Source: Candidatus Lustribacter sp. (lineage in GTDB: Bacteria > Vulcanimicrobiota > Vulcanimicrobiia > Vulcanimicrobiales > Vulcanimicrobiaceae). From it: a stretch of DNA of 64,000 nucleotides. The DNA lies in NCBI GenBank assembly GCA_965277805.1, contig OZ255842.1:1248001-1312000 (forward strand). Reading direction: 5' to 3'. The notes below the pieces were generated by a model that was not told the DNA's origin, did no database searches, and was given only the letters and a program-made list of their open reading frames with translations. The position numbers and the translations under genes were made by a program. Of this stretch, positions 39,052-50,497 are shown piece by piece. Position 1 is the stretch's first letter. Every line of letters begins with the position of its first letter.

Positions 39052-40073
39052 ACGACTACCCGCAGCTCTTGCGCTCCGTTCTCCGCGGCGAGGATCTCTC
39101 GGCCGACGATGCGGCGCGCATGATCGGCGGCATCATGGACGAGACGATCTCGCCCGTGCGCACGGCCGCGCTGTTCGCGGCACTGGCCGCGAAGGGTGAA
39201 TCGGCCGATGAGATCGTCGGCGCGGCGCGCGCGATGCGCGAACGCTGCGTGCGCGTCGAACACGGTTTGCCGATGGTGCTCGACATCGTCGGCACCGGCG
39301 GCGACGCCGCGTGCACGATCAACATCTCCACCATGGCGGCGCTAGTCGTTGCGGGCTGCGGCATTCCGGTGGCCAAGCACGGCAATCGCGCGGCGTCGAG
39401 CGCCTGCGGCAGCGCCGACGTGCTCGAAGCGCTCGGCGTCGAGATCGAACGCGATCCCGAAACGTCGGCCCGATTGCTGCGCGAGGCGCGCATCGCCTTT
39501 CTCTATGCCCGGCGCCACCATCCGGCAACGCGCGCGGTCGGTCCGGTGCGCAGCGAGCTCGGCGTACGGACGATCTTCAACGTCCTGGGTCCCTTGACGA
39601 ACCCGGCCGGGGCAAACCGTCTGGTCGTCGGAGTTGCCGAAGAGCGGCACCTCGAGCTCTTGGCCGAGGCGCTGCGCGATCTGGGCGGTGATGCTGCGGC
39701 GATCATTCATTCTGCCAGCGGTCTGGACGAGATTGCCGGCGAGGGACCGACGCACGTGATGCAGTTCGGCGCGAGCGGTATGCGGCGCTGGATCCTCGAT
39801 CCGGCCGACTACGGGGTGCACGCACCGCTGGACGTGATTCGCGGCGGCGATGCAGCGGTCAACGCGGCCGCCGTGCTCGCGATCCTCGGTGGCGAGCGTT
39901 CGCCGCGGGCGGATCTCGTGGTACTGAACGCCGCTTTGGCGTTGGTGGTCGCGGACGCCGCGGCCGACATCAACGATGGGATGGGACGCGCCCGGGCCGC
40001 GATCGTAAGCGGCGCCGCGCGCGCAGCGCTCGACGCATTGCGCGGCGAGCGTATCAAGGAGGTCGCTTCGTGA
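39048..40073 (+). CDS. trpD: Anthranilate phosphoribosyltransferase
   Basis: DIVGTGGD, NIST, KHGNRAASS..GSADVLE, RTIFNVLGPLTNP. Confidence 0.97.
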   Translation: MNDYPQLLRSVLRGEDLSADDAARMIGGIMDETISPVRTAALFAALAAKGESADEIVGAARAMRERCVRVEHGLPMVLDIVGTGGDAACTINISTMAALVVAGCGIPVAKHGNRAASSACGSADVLEALGVEIERDPETSARLLREARIAFLYARRHHPATRAVGPVRSELGVRTIFNVLGPLTNPAGANRLVVGVAEERHLELLAEALRDLGGDAAAIIHSASGLDEIAGEGPTHVMQFGASGMRRWILDPADYGVHAPLDVIRGGDAAVNAAAVLAILGGERSPRADLVVLNAALALVVADAAADINDGMGRARAAIVSGAARAALDALRGERIKEVAS

Positions 40074-40867
40074 ACGACATGCTCGACAAACTCTATGCCG
40101 CGACCGCGATCGTGCGCGCCGCCGACGAGGCGGGCGAGCCGCTCGACGTGCTGCGCGAACGCGCGCAGGCGCGCATGAGCGAACGCCGCCCGTTTCGCGA
40201 CGCGCTCCTTGCGGGCGACGGTCCGGCGATCATCGCCGAGATCAAGCGCGCGTCACCCTCCGTCGGCTTGATCGTGCGCGAACTCGATCCGGCCGCGATC
40301 GCCCGCGCCTACGAAGCCGCCGGCGCCAACGCGATCAGCGTGCTGACGGAAGGCGATCATTTTCTCGGCGACCTGGCCTATCTCGACATCGCGCGCAGCG
40401 CGTGCCGGCTGCCGATCTTGCGCAAGGACTTCATGCGCACGCGCTACGATGTGGCGCGGTCGGCCGCATACGGTGCCGATTGCGTGCTGGCCATCGTGGC
40501 CGGCCTCGAAGATGCCGAGCTGAGCGCGATGTTCGACGAGGCCGCGCGCTACGCCCTCGACGTGCTGGTGGAAGTGCACGATGAGACCGAACTCAAGCGC
40601 GCGATCGCGCTCGGCGCGACGATTCTCGGCATCAACAACCGCGATCTGCGCACGTTCGAAACGAACCTTGCGGTTACGGCGGAACTGCTGCCGCTCGTGC
40701 CGTCCTCGATCGTCGTCATCTCGGAGAGCGGCGTGCGCTCGCGCGAAGACGTCCAGCCGCTCTACGCGGCCGGCGCGCGCGGCTTCCTCGTCGGCGAGTC
40801 GCTGATGCGCTCGAACGACAAAGCGGAGATGATCCGCGCGCTGCGCGGCAGCGGGGTGCCCGCATAG
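40070..40867 (+). CDS. trpC: Indole-3-glycerol phosphate synthase
   Basis: IAEIKRASPS, ISVLTE, LRKDF, GINNRDL, SESG, LVGESLM. Confidence 0.97.
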   Translation: MNDMLDKLYAATAIVRAADEAGEPLDVLRERAQARMSERRPFRDALLAGDGPAIIAEIKRASPSVGLIVRELDPAAIARAYEAAGANAISVLTEGDHFLGDLAYLDIARSACRLPILRKDFMRTRYDVARSAAYGADCVLAIVAGLEDAELSAMFDEAARYALDVLVEVHDETELKRAIALGATILGINNRDLRTFETNLAVTAELLPLVPSSIVVISESGVRSREDVQPLYAAGARGFLVGESLMRSNDKAEMIRALRGSGVPA

Positions 40868-41506
40868 CCGGCCATACCCGCGTCAAGATTTGCGGTTGCA
40901 CGAGCATTGGGGACGTCGAGGGCGCGGTCGACGCCGGCGCCGATGCCGTCGGGATCATCTTTGCCGAATCACCGGTCCAGGTCCGTTTGGCCGACGCGCG
41001 CACGATCGTGCGCAGCGTGCCGCCGTACGTGGCCGTCGTGGGCGTCATGGTCAACCCGTCGCCGGCCGAGGTCGAAGAGATTCTCGCGCTCGGCTGCGTG
41101 CCGCAGTTCTCGGGCGATGAGTCGCCCGAGTTCTGCGCGGCCGTCGCGCGCGGCCGCTACGTGAAGGTGCTGCACTTCGTACACGGCGAGAACTACACGG
41201 CGCAGCGGGCCGAAGCGATGGCCGAACGCTATCGCGAGGCCGACCTGCAGTTCGATTCGCGCGCCGGCGACCTTTACGGCGGCACCGGCACCTCGTTCGA
41301 CTGGCCGTTGGTTACGGCCATCGCACGGCGGCGGCGCGTGATCGTGAGCGGCGGCTTGAATCCCGCTAACGTAGCGGCAGCGGTGGCGAGCGTACGCCCG
41401 TTCGGCGTTGACGTGCGCACCGGCGTCGAACGTAACGGTGCCAAAGATATGGCGATGATGCGCGCGTTCGTGCGCGCCGTTCGGGAAACAGATGAAGGGA
41501 TCTCGC

Positions 41507-41520
<14 letters not shown>
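40864..41520 (+). CDS. trpF: Phosphoribosylanthranilate isomerase; probable ATA start
   Basis: RVKICG and GADAVGIIF lie in frame upstream of the first canonical start (TTG 40987); [27 protein letters not shown]. Confidence 0.9.
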
Positions 41521-42705
<1,185 letters not shown>

Positions 42706-42709
<4 letters not shown>

Positions 42710-43509
42710 TCGCCGCCGACGACCGGCTCGCGCGGCTCTTCGCCGCCGCGCGCGCGGAGAAGCGCGCGGCGCTGATCATCTACTTGGTCGCGGGCGACCC
42801 CGATCCGGCGACGACCGCGGCGGTGATCGACGCCATCTCGCCGTACGTCGACCTGATTGAGCTCGGTATCCCCTATGGTGATCCGCTCGCCGACGGCCCG
42901 ACGATCCAAGCCGCGGGCCAGCGCGCCCTCGCCGGCGGCATGACGCTCGATGGCGCGCTCGCTTTGACGCGCGGCGCGCGCGATCGCGGCAACGCGCCGA
43001 TCCTGTTCTTCAGCTACGTCAACCCGATCGTGCAGTACGGCGCCGAGCGTTTTGCCGCGGCCGCGCGCGAAGCGGGCGCACTCGGCGCGATCGTTCCCGA
43101 CGTTCCGCTCGAAGAGTTAGCGTCATTCGCGCCGGCGTTCCGCAGCGAAGGGCTCGCGATTCCGCTGCTGGTTGCGCCCACCACCCCGCCCGAACGCGCG
43201 GGCCGGATCGCCGCGGCCAGCGACGGCTTCGTCTATATCGTCTCGCGCCTGGGCGTGACCAGCGCCGGCCGCGAACCGGACATCGCGTGGATCCGCTCGT
43301 CGGTCGAGGCGTTGCGCGCGCAAACGCAGCGGCCGCTCGCGGTTGGTTTCGGGATTTCCACGCCGTCGCACGTTGCGGAGATCGGCGCGGTCGCCGACGG
43401 GGTGATCATCGGCAGCGCGTTCGTCGATGCGACGGCGGGGCTCCGCGGCCCCGACGCGGCGGCCGCCGCCCGCGCTTACGTTGCACCGTTGCGCGCCGCA
43501 TTGGGCTGA
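42706..43509 (+). CDS. trpA: Tryptophan synthase alpha subunit
   Basis: [29 protein letters not shown]. Confidence 0.98.
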
Positions 43510-43588
43510 TCAGCCGGCAATCGTGGAGGAATCCGTCCGGGCCTAGCGGATTCGAGCGAATAATTCTTCACGCGCTCGGAGGGTCGAG

Positions 43589-44824
43589 ATGGGTTCTATT
43601 CGCGTTGGTGGTTTTCTAGCGCTCGCGATCGCGGTGGCGCTCGCCCTCACGGCCGCAGTACCCGCGCCGGCCGCGGCTGCAAACGGCACGATCGTATTCG
43701 GTGCGGCGCTCGCGGCGACGGGCTCGACGGCCCGCGAAGGCGAGCTGACCAAAGAAGGCTACGACTTCTGGAAAGACTACGTCAACGCGCACGGCGGCAT
43801 GAAGGTCGGCGGCAAGACCTACAACGTCGACATCAAGTACTACGACGATGAGTCGAACCCGCAAACCGCAGCCCGCTTGATCGAGAAGCTGGTCTCCGAA
43901 GACCACGTCAGCTTCATCCTCGGGCCGTACGGCTCGGCGAACTCCGCCACGGCCGCCGCGGCCGTCGAGCGCCTCAAGGTGCCGATGGTCGAGGGCAACG
44001 GCGCGGCCGCGAGCATCTTCAATCAGGGCTACAAGTACACGTTCGCCGTGCTGGCGCCCGGCTTCAAGTATCTGCAAGGCATCCTCGAGATGGCACGGAC
44101 GCTGAAACCCACGCCGAAAACCGTTGCGATCGCGACCGCGAATGACACGTTTTCGGTCGAGGTCGGCCAGGGTGCGGCCGATTACGCGAACGCGCACGGC
44201 ATGACGGTCGTGTACCAGAACAAATATCCGGCCGACACGACCGACGTCTCGGCAGTCGTTAGCGCGATCAAGGCAGTGAACCCGGATATGATCCTCAACG
44301 GCGGCCATCTCGATGAAGCGTTGCTGCTGCAGCGCACGTTCAAAGAGCAGAACGTCAACGCGAAGATCTTCGGCTATTCGGTCGGACCCGATACGCCGGA
44401 TTACCGCAAAACGCTCGGCAAGGACGCGAACTGGGTCTTCGGCGGCACGCAGTGGTCGCCGACCGCGAAGTACAAGGGCGCGCCGGGCTTCATCGGCGAT
44501 TCGAAAGTCTACGCGGCCGCGTTCAACAAGAAGTACGGCCACATTCCCGAGTACCACAACGCGGAGTCGACCGCGGCGTGCCTCGCGTTCATGTACGCGA
44601 TCGAGAAAGCGGGCTCGCTCGATCCGCAGAAGGTGCGCGACGCGCTGCAGTCCCTCGACGTCGTTACGTTCTACGGCATCCTCAAGTTCGACAGCCGCGG
44701 GATCAACGCGTACAAGCCGATGGCCGTCAACCAGATCCAGAACGGGCAGTTGATGACCGTCTGGCCGCTCGGCGTGCAGAACGCGAAGCCGGCGTACCCG
44801 ACGCCGCCGTGGAACGCCCGCTAG
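43589..44824 (+). CDS. HAAT (Liv-type) ABC transporter substrate-binding protein
   Basis: Signal peptide; YYDDESNP, LGPYGS; heads a liv-type operon. Confidence 0.9.
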   Translation: MGSIRVGGFLALAIAVALALTAAVPAPAAAANGTIVFGAALAATGSTAREGELTKEGYDFWKDYVNAHGGMKVGGKTYNVDIKYYDDESNPQTAARLIEKLVSEDHVSFILGPYGSANSATAAAAVERLKVPMVEGNGAAASIFNQGYKYTFAVLAPGFKYLQGILEMARTLKPTPKTVAIATANDTFSVEVGQGAADYANAHGMTVVYQNKYPADTTDVSAVVSAIKAVNPDMILNGGHLDEALLLQRTFKEQNVNAKIFGYSVGPDTPDYRKTLGKDANWVFGGTQWSPTAKYKGAPGFIGDSKVYAAAFNKKYGHIPEYHNAESTAACLAFMYAIEKAGSLDPQKVRDALQSLDVVTFYGILKFDSRGINAYKPMAVNQIQNGQLMTVWPLGVQNAKPAYPTPPWNAR

Positions 44825-44833
44825 CGGCCGAGC

Positions 44834-45700
44834 ATGGAACTGTTCGCGCAAGATCTCGTCAACGGAATCCTCGCTGGCGGGATTTTTGCCGTGGTGGCGC
44901 TGGGGTTCAGCCTCGTCTGGGGCATCACGAACATCATCAACCTGGCGCACGGCGCATTCATCATGATGGGCGCGTACACGTCCTACGTGCTGTTTTCAAC
45001 CTGGCACCTCGATCCATTTCTCAGCCTGCCGCTCGCCTTCGGCTTGCTCTACGTCTTCGGTTACTGCGTCCAGCGCTTCGTCATCAACTACGTCGTGCGC
45101 GCCCCGCTGCTCACGCCGTTTCTGCTGACGTTCGGCTTGTCGCTCTTGATCGTCAACGTGGCGCTGTTCATCTTTCACGGCGATACGAAGGGCATCACGA
45201 CGCAATACAGCGGCTCGAGCATTCAGCTCGGCGCCGTCAGCATCGCGTGGACGAAGCTCTGGACGCTGGTTGCGGCGCTCGTGATCACGGCCGCCATGCA
45301 AGCCTTTCTCACGACGAGCCGGACCGGCCGGGCGATTCGTGCGATGGCGATCGACATCGATGCGGCGCAGCTCTCGGGCGTGCGGGTCTCGCATCTCTAC
45401 GCGGTCGTGTTCGGTCTGGGCGCGGGCCTCGCGGGCGCGGCCGGCGTGCTGATCAGCCTGTCGTACAGCCTGCAGCCGTCGATGGGCGATCCGTTCGTCA
45501 TCACGGCGTTCGTGTGCTGCGTGCTCGGCGGATTGGGAACCGTGCAAGGCGCGCTCGTCGGCGGCCTGCTCTACGGCGTGCTCGAAGCGTTCGGGTCGCA
45601 GTACATCGGCACGGGGCTGCAGGACGCAGTGGCGCTGGTCGTGCTGCTGCTGGTGCTGATCGTCCGGCCGCGCGGCATTCTCGGTAAGGCCACGGCGTAG
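44834..45700 (+). CDS. Liv-type ABC transporter permease (LivH-like)
   Basis: NGILAGGIFAVVALGFSL, INLAHG, GRAIRA, VLGGLG. Confidence 0.92.
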   Translation: MELFAQDLVNGILAGGIFAVVALGFSLVWGITNIINLAHGAFIMMGAYTSYVLFSTWHLDPFLSLPLAFGLLYVFGYCVQRFVINYVVRAPLLTPFLLTFGLSLLIVNVALFIFHGDTKGITTQYSGSSIQLGAVSIAWTKLWTLVAALVITAAMQAFLTTSRTGRAIRAMAIDIDAAQLSGVRVSHLYAVVFGLGAGLAGAAGVLISLSYSLQPSMGDPFVITAFVCCVLGGLGTVQGALVGGLLYGVLEAFGSQYIGTGLQDAVALVVLLLVLIVRPRGILGKATA

Positions 45701-46659
45701 TGGGCGGTCTCACCGGCAACGCGACCGCCCTGCGAGTGACGGTCGCGATCCTCGTGCTGCTCGCATTCGTGCCCCTGCTGCATAGCGGTTACTACGAAAA
45801 TCTCGCGCGCGGCGTGCTGATGTTCGCAACGCTCAGCTTCGGCTGGAACATCCTCGGCGGCTATACCGGTTACGTCAGCTTCGGCAACGTGGTCTTTTTC
45901 GGTATCGGCACGTACACGTCGGCCGCGCTCTGGCAGCATTGGCACCAGCAGAGCATTCCGCTCGCGATCGGGATCGCGATCGTCGCGGCGGTGGTGTTCG
46001 CGGTCGTGCTGGGCATTCCGATCCTGCGCTTGCGCGGCCACTACTTCGCGATCGCCACGCTCGGAATCGCGCTTGCGACCGAAGAGATCGTTGCCAACAT
46101 CGACTGGCTGGGCGCCGGCAGCGGTCAGGCGATACGGCCGCTCGAGGCGTTTTCATCGTATTACGTGGCGATGTGGATTGTGTGCGCGGCGAGCATGCTG
46201 GCGACGTATCTCATCTCGCGCTCGAAGCTCGGCTACGCCTTCGTTGCGATTCGGGAGAACGAGGAAGCCGCGGCGGTGCTCGGCGTCGATGCCTGGCGCT
46301 ACAAGGTGATCGCGTGGGCGATCAGCGCCGCGATGGCGGCGGCCGCCGGTGCGGTGTTCGCGGGTGCCAACGGCTTTATCGATCCGCCGACCGCGTTCGC
46401 GACCGACGACAACGTGTTCCCGATCGTGATGGCGTTGCTGGGCGGCGTCGGTACGGTCGCCGGTCCGCTGATCGGCGCATTGATCCTCACCGCGATCAAC
46501 GAGACGTTGTGGAGTCACTTCCCGCAGATCCATACGCTGTTCTTCGGCGCGGTGATCGTGCTGGTCGTGCTCTTTCTCCCGCGCGGACTGCTGTGGCTGC
46601 TCAACACGCGCGGCGGCTGGCGCGGCATCGTTGCCCAACTCGGGGCCTACCGCGTATGA
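45700..46659 (+). CDS. Liv-type ABC transporter permease (LivM-like)
   Basis: WNILGGYTGYVSFG, LRGHYFAIATL, AIRENEEAA. Confidence 0.92.
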   Translation: MGGLTGNATALRVTVAILVLLAFVPLLHSGYYENLARGVLMFATLSFGWNILGGYTGYVSFGNVVFFGIGTYTSAALWQHWHQQSIPLAIGIAIVAAVVFAVVLGIPILRLRGHYFAIATLGIALATEEIVANIDWLGAGSGQAIRPLEAFSSYYVAMWIVCAASMLATYLISRSKLGYAFVAIRENEEAAAVLGVDAWRYKVIAWAISAAMAAAAGAVFAGANGFIDPPTAFATDDNVFPIVMALLGGVGTVAGPLIGALILTAINETLWSHFPQIHTLFFGAVIVLVVLFLPRGLLWLLNTRGGWRGIVAQLGAYRV

Positions 46660-47423
46660 GCGAGGCATTTCTCTCGATCCAAAACGTGGCGATGCATTTC
46701 GGCGGCTTGCATGCGCTCGATGACGTCTCGTTCGAAGTCGAGCGGGGTTCCGTCGTCGGCTTGATCGGCCCCAACGGCAGCGGTAAGACCACGCTGATGA
46801 ACGTCGTCTCCGGCGTCTACAAACCGACGCACGGCAACGTGCTCTTCAAAGGGCAGCGCATCGCCGACGTCCCGGGCTACGCGGTGTGCCGTCTCGGCAT
46901 CGCCCGCACGTTTCAAGTCGTCAAACCGTTCGCCAACTTGACCGTGCGCGAGAACGTTGCGGTCGGCGCGATGTACGGTCGAAACGGCAGCAAGCGCAGC
47001 GCGAAAGAGTCGTTCGAACGCGCGCAGGAGCTGTGCGAAATCGTCGGCCTCTCGCACGCGGCCGGCCGGCTGGCGAGCGAGCTGACGGTTCCGAGCCGAA
47101 AACGTCTCGAGGTAGCGAAAGCCCTCGCGCTGGATCCCGAAGTGCTGCTGCTCGACGAGGTGATGGCCGGCCTCAACGCGACCGAAGTCGACGAGGCCCT
47201 GCGCCTCTTGCGCACGGTGAACGAAGGCGGCGTGACGCTGATCATCGTCGAGCATTTGATGAAAGCGATCGCTTCGATTTCGACTACGATCGTCGTGCTG
47301 GCCGAAGGGAAGAAGATTGCCCAAGGCGCGCCGGCCGAGGTGCTGGCGTCGCCGCGCGTCGTCGAAGCCTACCTGGGCACGCGCTACGCCGCCCGCCAAG
47401 CGCGACGGGAAGCTGCGCCGTGA
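46656..47423 (+). CDS. Liv-type ABC transporter ATP-binding protein (LivG-like)
   Basis: GPNGSGKTT, GIARTFQ, LLLDEVMAGL, EAYLG. Confidence 0.93.
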   Translation: MSEAFLSIQNVAMHFGGLHALDDVSFEVERGSVVGLIGPNGSGKTTLMNVVSGVYKPTHGNVLFKGQRIADVPGYAVCRLGIARTFQVVKPFANLTVRENVAVGAMYGRNGSKRSAKESFERAQELCEIVGLSHAAGRLASELTVPSRKRLEVAKALALDPEVLLLDEVMAGLNATEVDEALRLLRTVNEGGVTLIIVEHLMKAIASISTTIVVLAEGKKIAQGAPAEVLASPRVVEAYLGTRYAARQARREAAP

Positions 47424-48127
47424 GTGTGCTGCGCGTCGATAACCTGAGCGCCGGCTACGGCGACACGCAGGTGTTGTGGGGCGTGTCGCTCGACGTGCAG
47501 CCGGGCGAGATCGTCGCGATCATCGGTTCCAATGGTGCCGGCAAATCGACGCTGCTCGGAGCGGTGAGCGGTCTCGTGCGAACGTGGTCCGGATCGGTGA
47601 GCTATGGCGAACGCGATCTTACCGGAGCGCCGGTCGATGCAATCGTCTCGGCCGGCATCGTACAGGTACCGCAAGGACGGCGTCTCTTCACCTCGATGTC
47701 GGTCGAAGAGAATCTGCTGATGGGTGGCTATCTGCGCCGCGACAAAGAGATTCGCAGCGATCTCGAAAAACTGCTCGACCTGCTGCCTCGCTTGCGCGAG
47801 CGGTTCGGCTATTTAGCCGGGAATCTCTCGGGCGGCGAACAACAGCAAGTCGCGATCGCGCGCGCGCTGATGGCGCGCCCGCAGGTGTTGCTGATCGATG
47901 AGATGTCGCTGGGCCTCTCGCCCGTGCTCGTCGACCAGCTGCTCGAGATCATCCGAACGATCCACGCCACCGGCGTCTCGATCGTCATGGTCGAGCAAGA
48001 CGTCGAAACCGCGCTCGAGATTTCCACACGCGCCTACGTCTTAGAAGCCGGGCGCTTCATCCTCGCCGGCCCGTCAACACAATTGCTCGACGACCCCAAA
48101 GTGAAAACAGCCTACCTCGGCGTGTAG
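47420..48127 (+). CDS. Liv-type ABC transporter ATP-binding protein (LivF-like)
   Basis: GSNGAGKST, LSGGEQQ, DEMSLGL, VEQ, AYLG. Confidence 0.93.
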   Translation: MSVLRVDNLSAGYGDTQVLWGVSLDVQPGEIVAIIGSNGAGKSTLLGAVSGLVRTWSGSVSYGERDLTGAPVDAIVSAGIVQVPQGRRLFTSMSVEENLLMGGYLRRDKEIRSDLEKLLDLLPRLRERFGYLAGNLSGGEQQQVAIARALMARPQVLLIDEMSLGLSPVLVDQLLEIIRTIHATGVSIVMVEQDVETALEISTRAYVLEAGRFILAGPSTQLLDDPKVKTAYLGV

Positions 48128-48134
48128 ATTTTCG

Positions 48135-48980
48135 CTAGCGCGGCGTGGTCTTCTTCGGAACCGTCGGAAGCTGGTCGTGTTCCCATTCCATCCACGAACC
48201 ATCGTAGACGCCGACGTTGGTGAAGCCCGCTTCGCATAGCGCAATGTACGCGGCCGACGCGCCGACGCCGCTGCCGCACGAAACGATCGTGCGCTTCGTT
48301 TTATCCAAGCCGGCGCCGGCAATCAGCGCATCGAGCCGTTCGCGCTCGGCGAGGCGTCCGCCGCGTGCATCTTCGAACAGATCGCTCGCCGACAGACGGA
48401 TGTTGTTGGGAATATCGCGGTCGCGCTGCGCGTACGTTCCGTCGCGCTGCGTTTCGAGAAACTGCGCCGTACTACGGCCTTCGGCTACCGCGACGACGTC
48501 GTCGCGCGACGCCCGCAACTCCGGTCGCACCCGTGGCGTGAACGCGGCGCGCGGAAAGCGCGGTACTTCGGTCGTCAGCGGATGCCCCGCAGCGGTCCAG
48601 GCCGGCAAACCGCCCGCAAGAATTGCGACGTCGTCGTGCCCGTAGTAGCGCAGCATCCACACCAGGCGCGCGCCATAGGGCACGTTGCCTTCATCGTATG
48701 CGATCACGAGCGTGCCGTCGCCGATACCGCTTGCGCTCATGACGTCGGCGAAACGTTGCGGCGGCGCGACGCGTGCGGCGTAGGGCGTAGCGAGATCGTG
48801 CAGATCTTCCGCGTAGTCGAGGTGGATCGCGCCGGGGATATGACCGGCGGCGTACTGTTCGCGGCCTTCGGGCGCGACGACCGCTGCGCCGTGCGGCTTG
48901 CTGCGCGTGTCGACGATGCGAATGCGCGGATCGTCGAGGTGCGTCGCGAGCCACGCGACGTCGACAAAGGGAGAACTCAT
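48135..48980 (-). CDS. Two-domain rhodanese/3-mercaptopyruvate sulfurtransferase
   Basis: GHIPGA, ILAGGLPAW, active-site CGSGV, YDGSWMEW. Confidence 0.9.
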   Translation of the reverse strand: MSSPFVDVAWLATHLDDPRIRIVDTRSKPHGAAVVAPEGREQYAAGHIPGAIHLDYAEDLHDLATPYAARVAPPQRFADVMSASGIGDGTLVIAYDEGNVPYGARLVWMLRYYGHDDVAILAGGLPAWTAAGHPLTTEVPRFPRAAFTPRVRPELRASRDDVVAVAEGRSTAQFLETQRDGTYAQRDRDIPNNIRLSASDLFEDARGGRLAERERLDALIAGAGLDKTKRTIVSCGSGVGASAAYIALCEAGFTNVGVYDGSWMEWEHDQLPTVPKKTTPR

Positions 48981-48982
48981 CG

Positions 48983-50206
48983 TTATACCGCCACTGCGAG
49001 AGAACCGAGGTCGAAGCGTTTGGCCGCATCGTCCGCGATGTAGTTGCCGATCGCCAGCGACGACGTCGCGGCGGGAGAGGGTGCGTTGCGGACGTGCATG
49101 ACGCCGTCGCTGCCTTCGAAGACGAAGTCGTCGACCATCGAGCCGTCGGCCGCCATCGCTTGCGCGCGCACGCCCGAGGGCCCCGGCAGCGTATCGTCCG
49201 CGGTGAGCGACGGAATGTAACGTTGCAGCGCCTGCACGTAGGCGTCGCGGATCAGGTCGCGGTACATCTCGCCGGCGCCGGCCTGCCAATGTTTGATGGC
49301 GAGGCGGAAGAAGCCGGGATAGGTGACCGCGTCCCACAACTCCGGCGGGTTGATGTCCCAGAAGTTGTAGCCTTCGCGGGCGAAGGCCAGCACCGCGTTC
49401 GGCCCGAGCCAAATCGTCCCGTCCATGCGCGGCGTGAAGTGCACGCCGAGAAACGGGAAGTTCGGGTCGGGCACCGGATAGATGTTGCCCTGCACGAGAT
49501 GCTCTTTGCCCGGCTTGAGAATCAGGTAGTCGCCGCGGAAGGGGACGATCTTGGGATCGCGCGCGCCGTCGGTCATCCGCGCGAGCTTGTCGGAATAGAG
49601 CCCACCGCACGTAATGACGTACTTCGCCTGGATCTCACCCCGGCTGGTGGAGATCTTGGTCGCGCCGTTGCGGCGCTGGATGCCCGTGACCTCATGGCCG
49701 AGGTACATGTCGGCGCCGGACTCGCGAGCGTCGTCGGCATAGTGGCCGGCGACGCGGCCCCAGTCGACGATGCCGGTGACCGGCGAGAAGATCGCCCGCA
49801 GACCACTACAGTACGGCTCGCGTTCTTCGATCTGGCGCGCGTCGAGCAGCTCGAGGTTGGCGATGCCGTTCAGGCGGCCGCGCTCGTAAAGCTCTTCGAG
49901 ACGGCCGAGCTCTGACTCTTCGGTGGCCACGATCAGCTTGCCGACCATCTTATAAGGGATGTTCTTGGCATCGCAGTAGGCCCGCGCCAACACGTTGCCC
50001 TCGACGCAAAGACGCGCCTTGAGCGAGCCCGGCTTATAGTAAATCCCCGAGTGGATGACGCCACTGTTGTGGCCGGTCTGGTGCTTGTTGTACTCCGCCT
50101 CTTTCTCGACGTTGGCGAGTTTGAGGCGCGGATACCGCTGCAGCAGTTCGCGGGACGTGGCCAGCCCGACGATGCCGCCGCCGACGACGGCGATGTCATA
50201 AACCAT
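48983..50206 (-). CDS. lhgO: L-2-hydroxyglutarate oxidase
   Basis: GGGIVG, HQTGHNSGVIHSGIYYKPGSLKA, PFLGVHFT, NAPSPAATSSL. Confidence 0.92.
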   Translation of the reverse strand: MVYDIAVVGGGIVGLATSRELLQRYPRLKLANVEKEAEYNKHQTGHNSGVIHSGIYYKPGSLKARLCVEGNVLARAYCDAKNIPYKMVGKLIVATEESELGRLEELYERGRLNGIANLELLDARQIEEREPYCSGLRAIFSPVTGIVDWGRVAGHYADDARESGADMYLGHEVTGIQRRNGATKISTSRGEIQAKYVITCGGLYSDKLARMTDGARDPKIVPFRGDYLILKPGKEHLVQGNIYPVPDPNFPFLGVHFTPRMDGTIWLGPNAVLAFAREGYNFWDINPPELWDAVTYPGFFRLAIKHWQAGAGEMYRDLIRDAYVQALQRYIPSLTADDTLPGPSGVRAQAMAADGSMVDDFVFEGSDGVMHVRNAPSPAATSSLAIGNYIADDAAKRFDLGSLAVAV

Positions 50207-50334
50207 GGCGACTCCAGATTCCGAAGGCCCGTCGCGGCCCCTCCAATCGGTCCCGGTAAGCAACACCGGCAAGCCCTCGGCAAGACTGCGCCGGCTTGGC
50301 TATTCCCACATCCACACGTGCGCGGGGCATAACA

Positions 50335-50343
50335 TGTGGATAA
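50335..50343 (-). promoter_or_regulatory. Perfect DnaA box
   Basis: TGTGGATAA = reverse complement of TTATCCACA, 18 nt upstream of the rrn -35. Confidence 0.5.
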
Positions 50344-50361
50344 GAAAGAAGCCCCCAGGCC

Positions 50362-50391
50362 TTGACTTCATTTGCCTATATTTGGTATTCT
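50362..50391 (+). promoter_or_regulatory. rRNA operon promoter
   Basis: TTGACT-N18-TATTCT with TG extended -10, divergent from lhgO. Confidence 0.7.
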
Positions 50392-50469
50392 AACCCTCGT
50401 TGACTCTGACGCCTTGCCCCTGTGGTGCGGTCGTTGATCCGGTCCAAAAAGGGCTGGGCGTAAGCGTCG

Positions 50470-50497
50470 GTTCCTTGAAAACTGAACAGTACAGTAG
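50470..50497 (+). promoter_or_regulatory. boxA-like site / 5' arm of the 16S processing stem
   Basis: TCCTTGAAAACTGAACAGTACAGT pairs with ACTGTACTGTTCAG at ~52558-52571; TCCTTGAAAACTG recurs at 52658, leading into an arm that pairs with 56162-56188. Confidence 0.75.
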
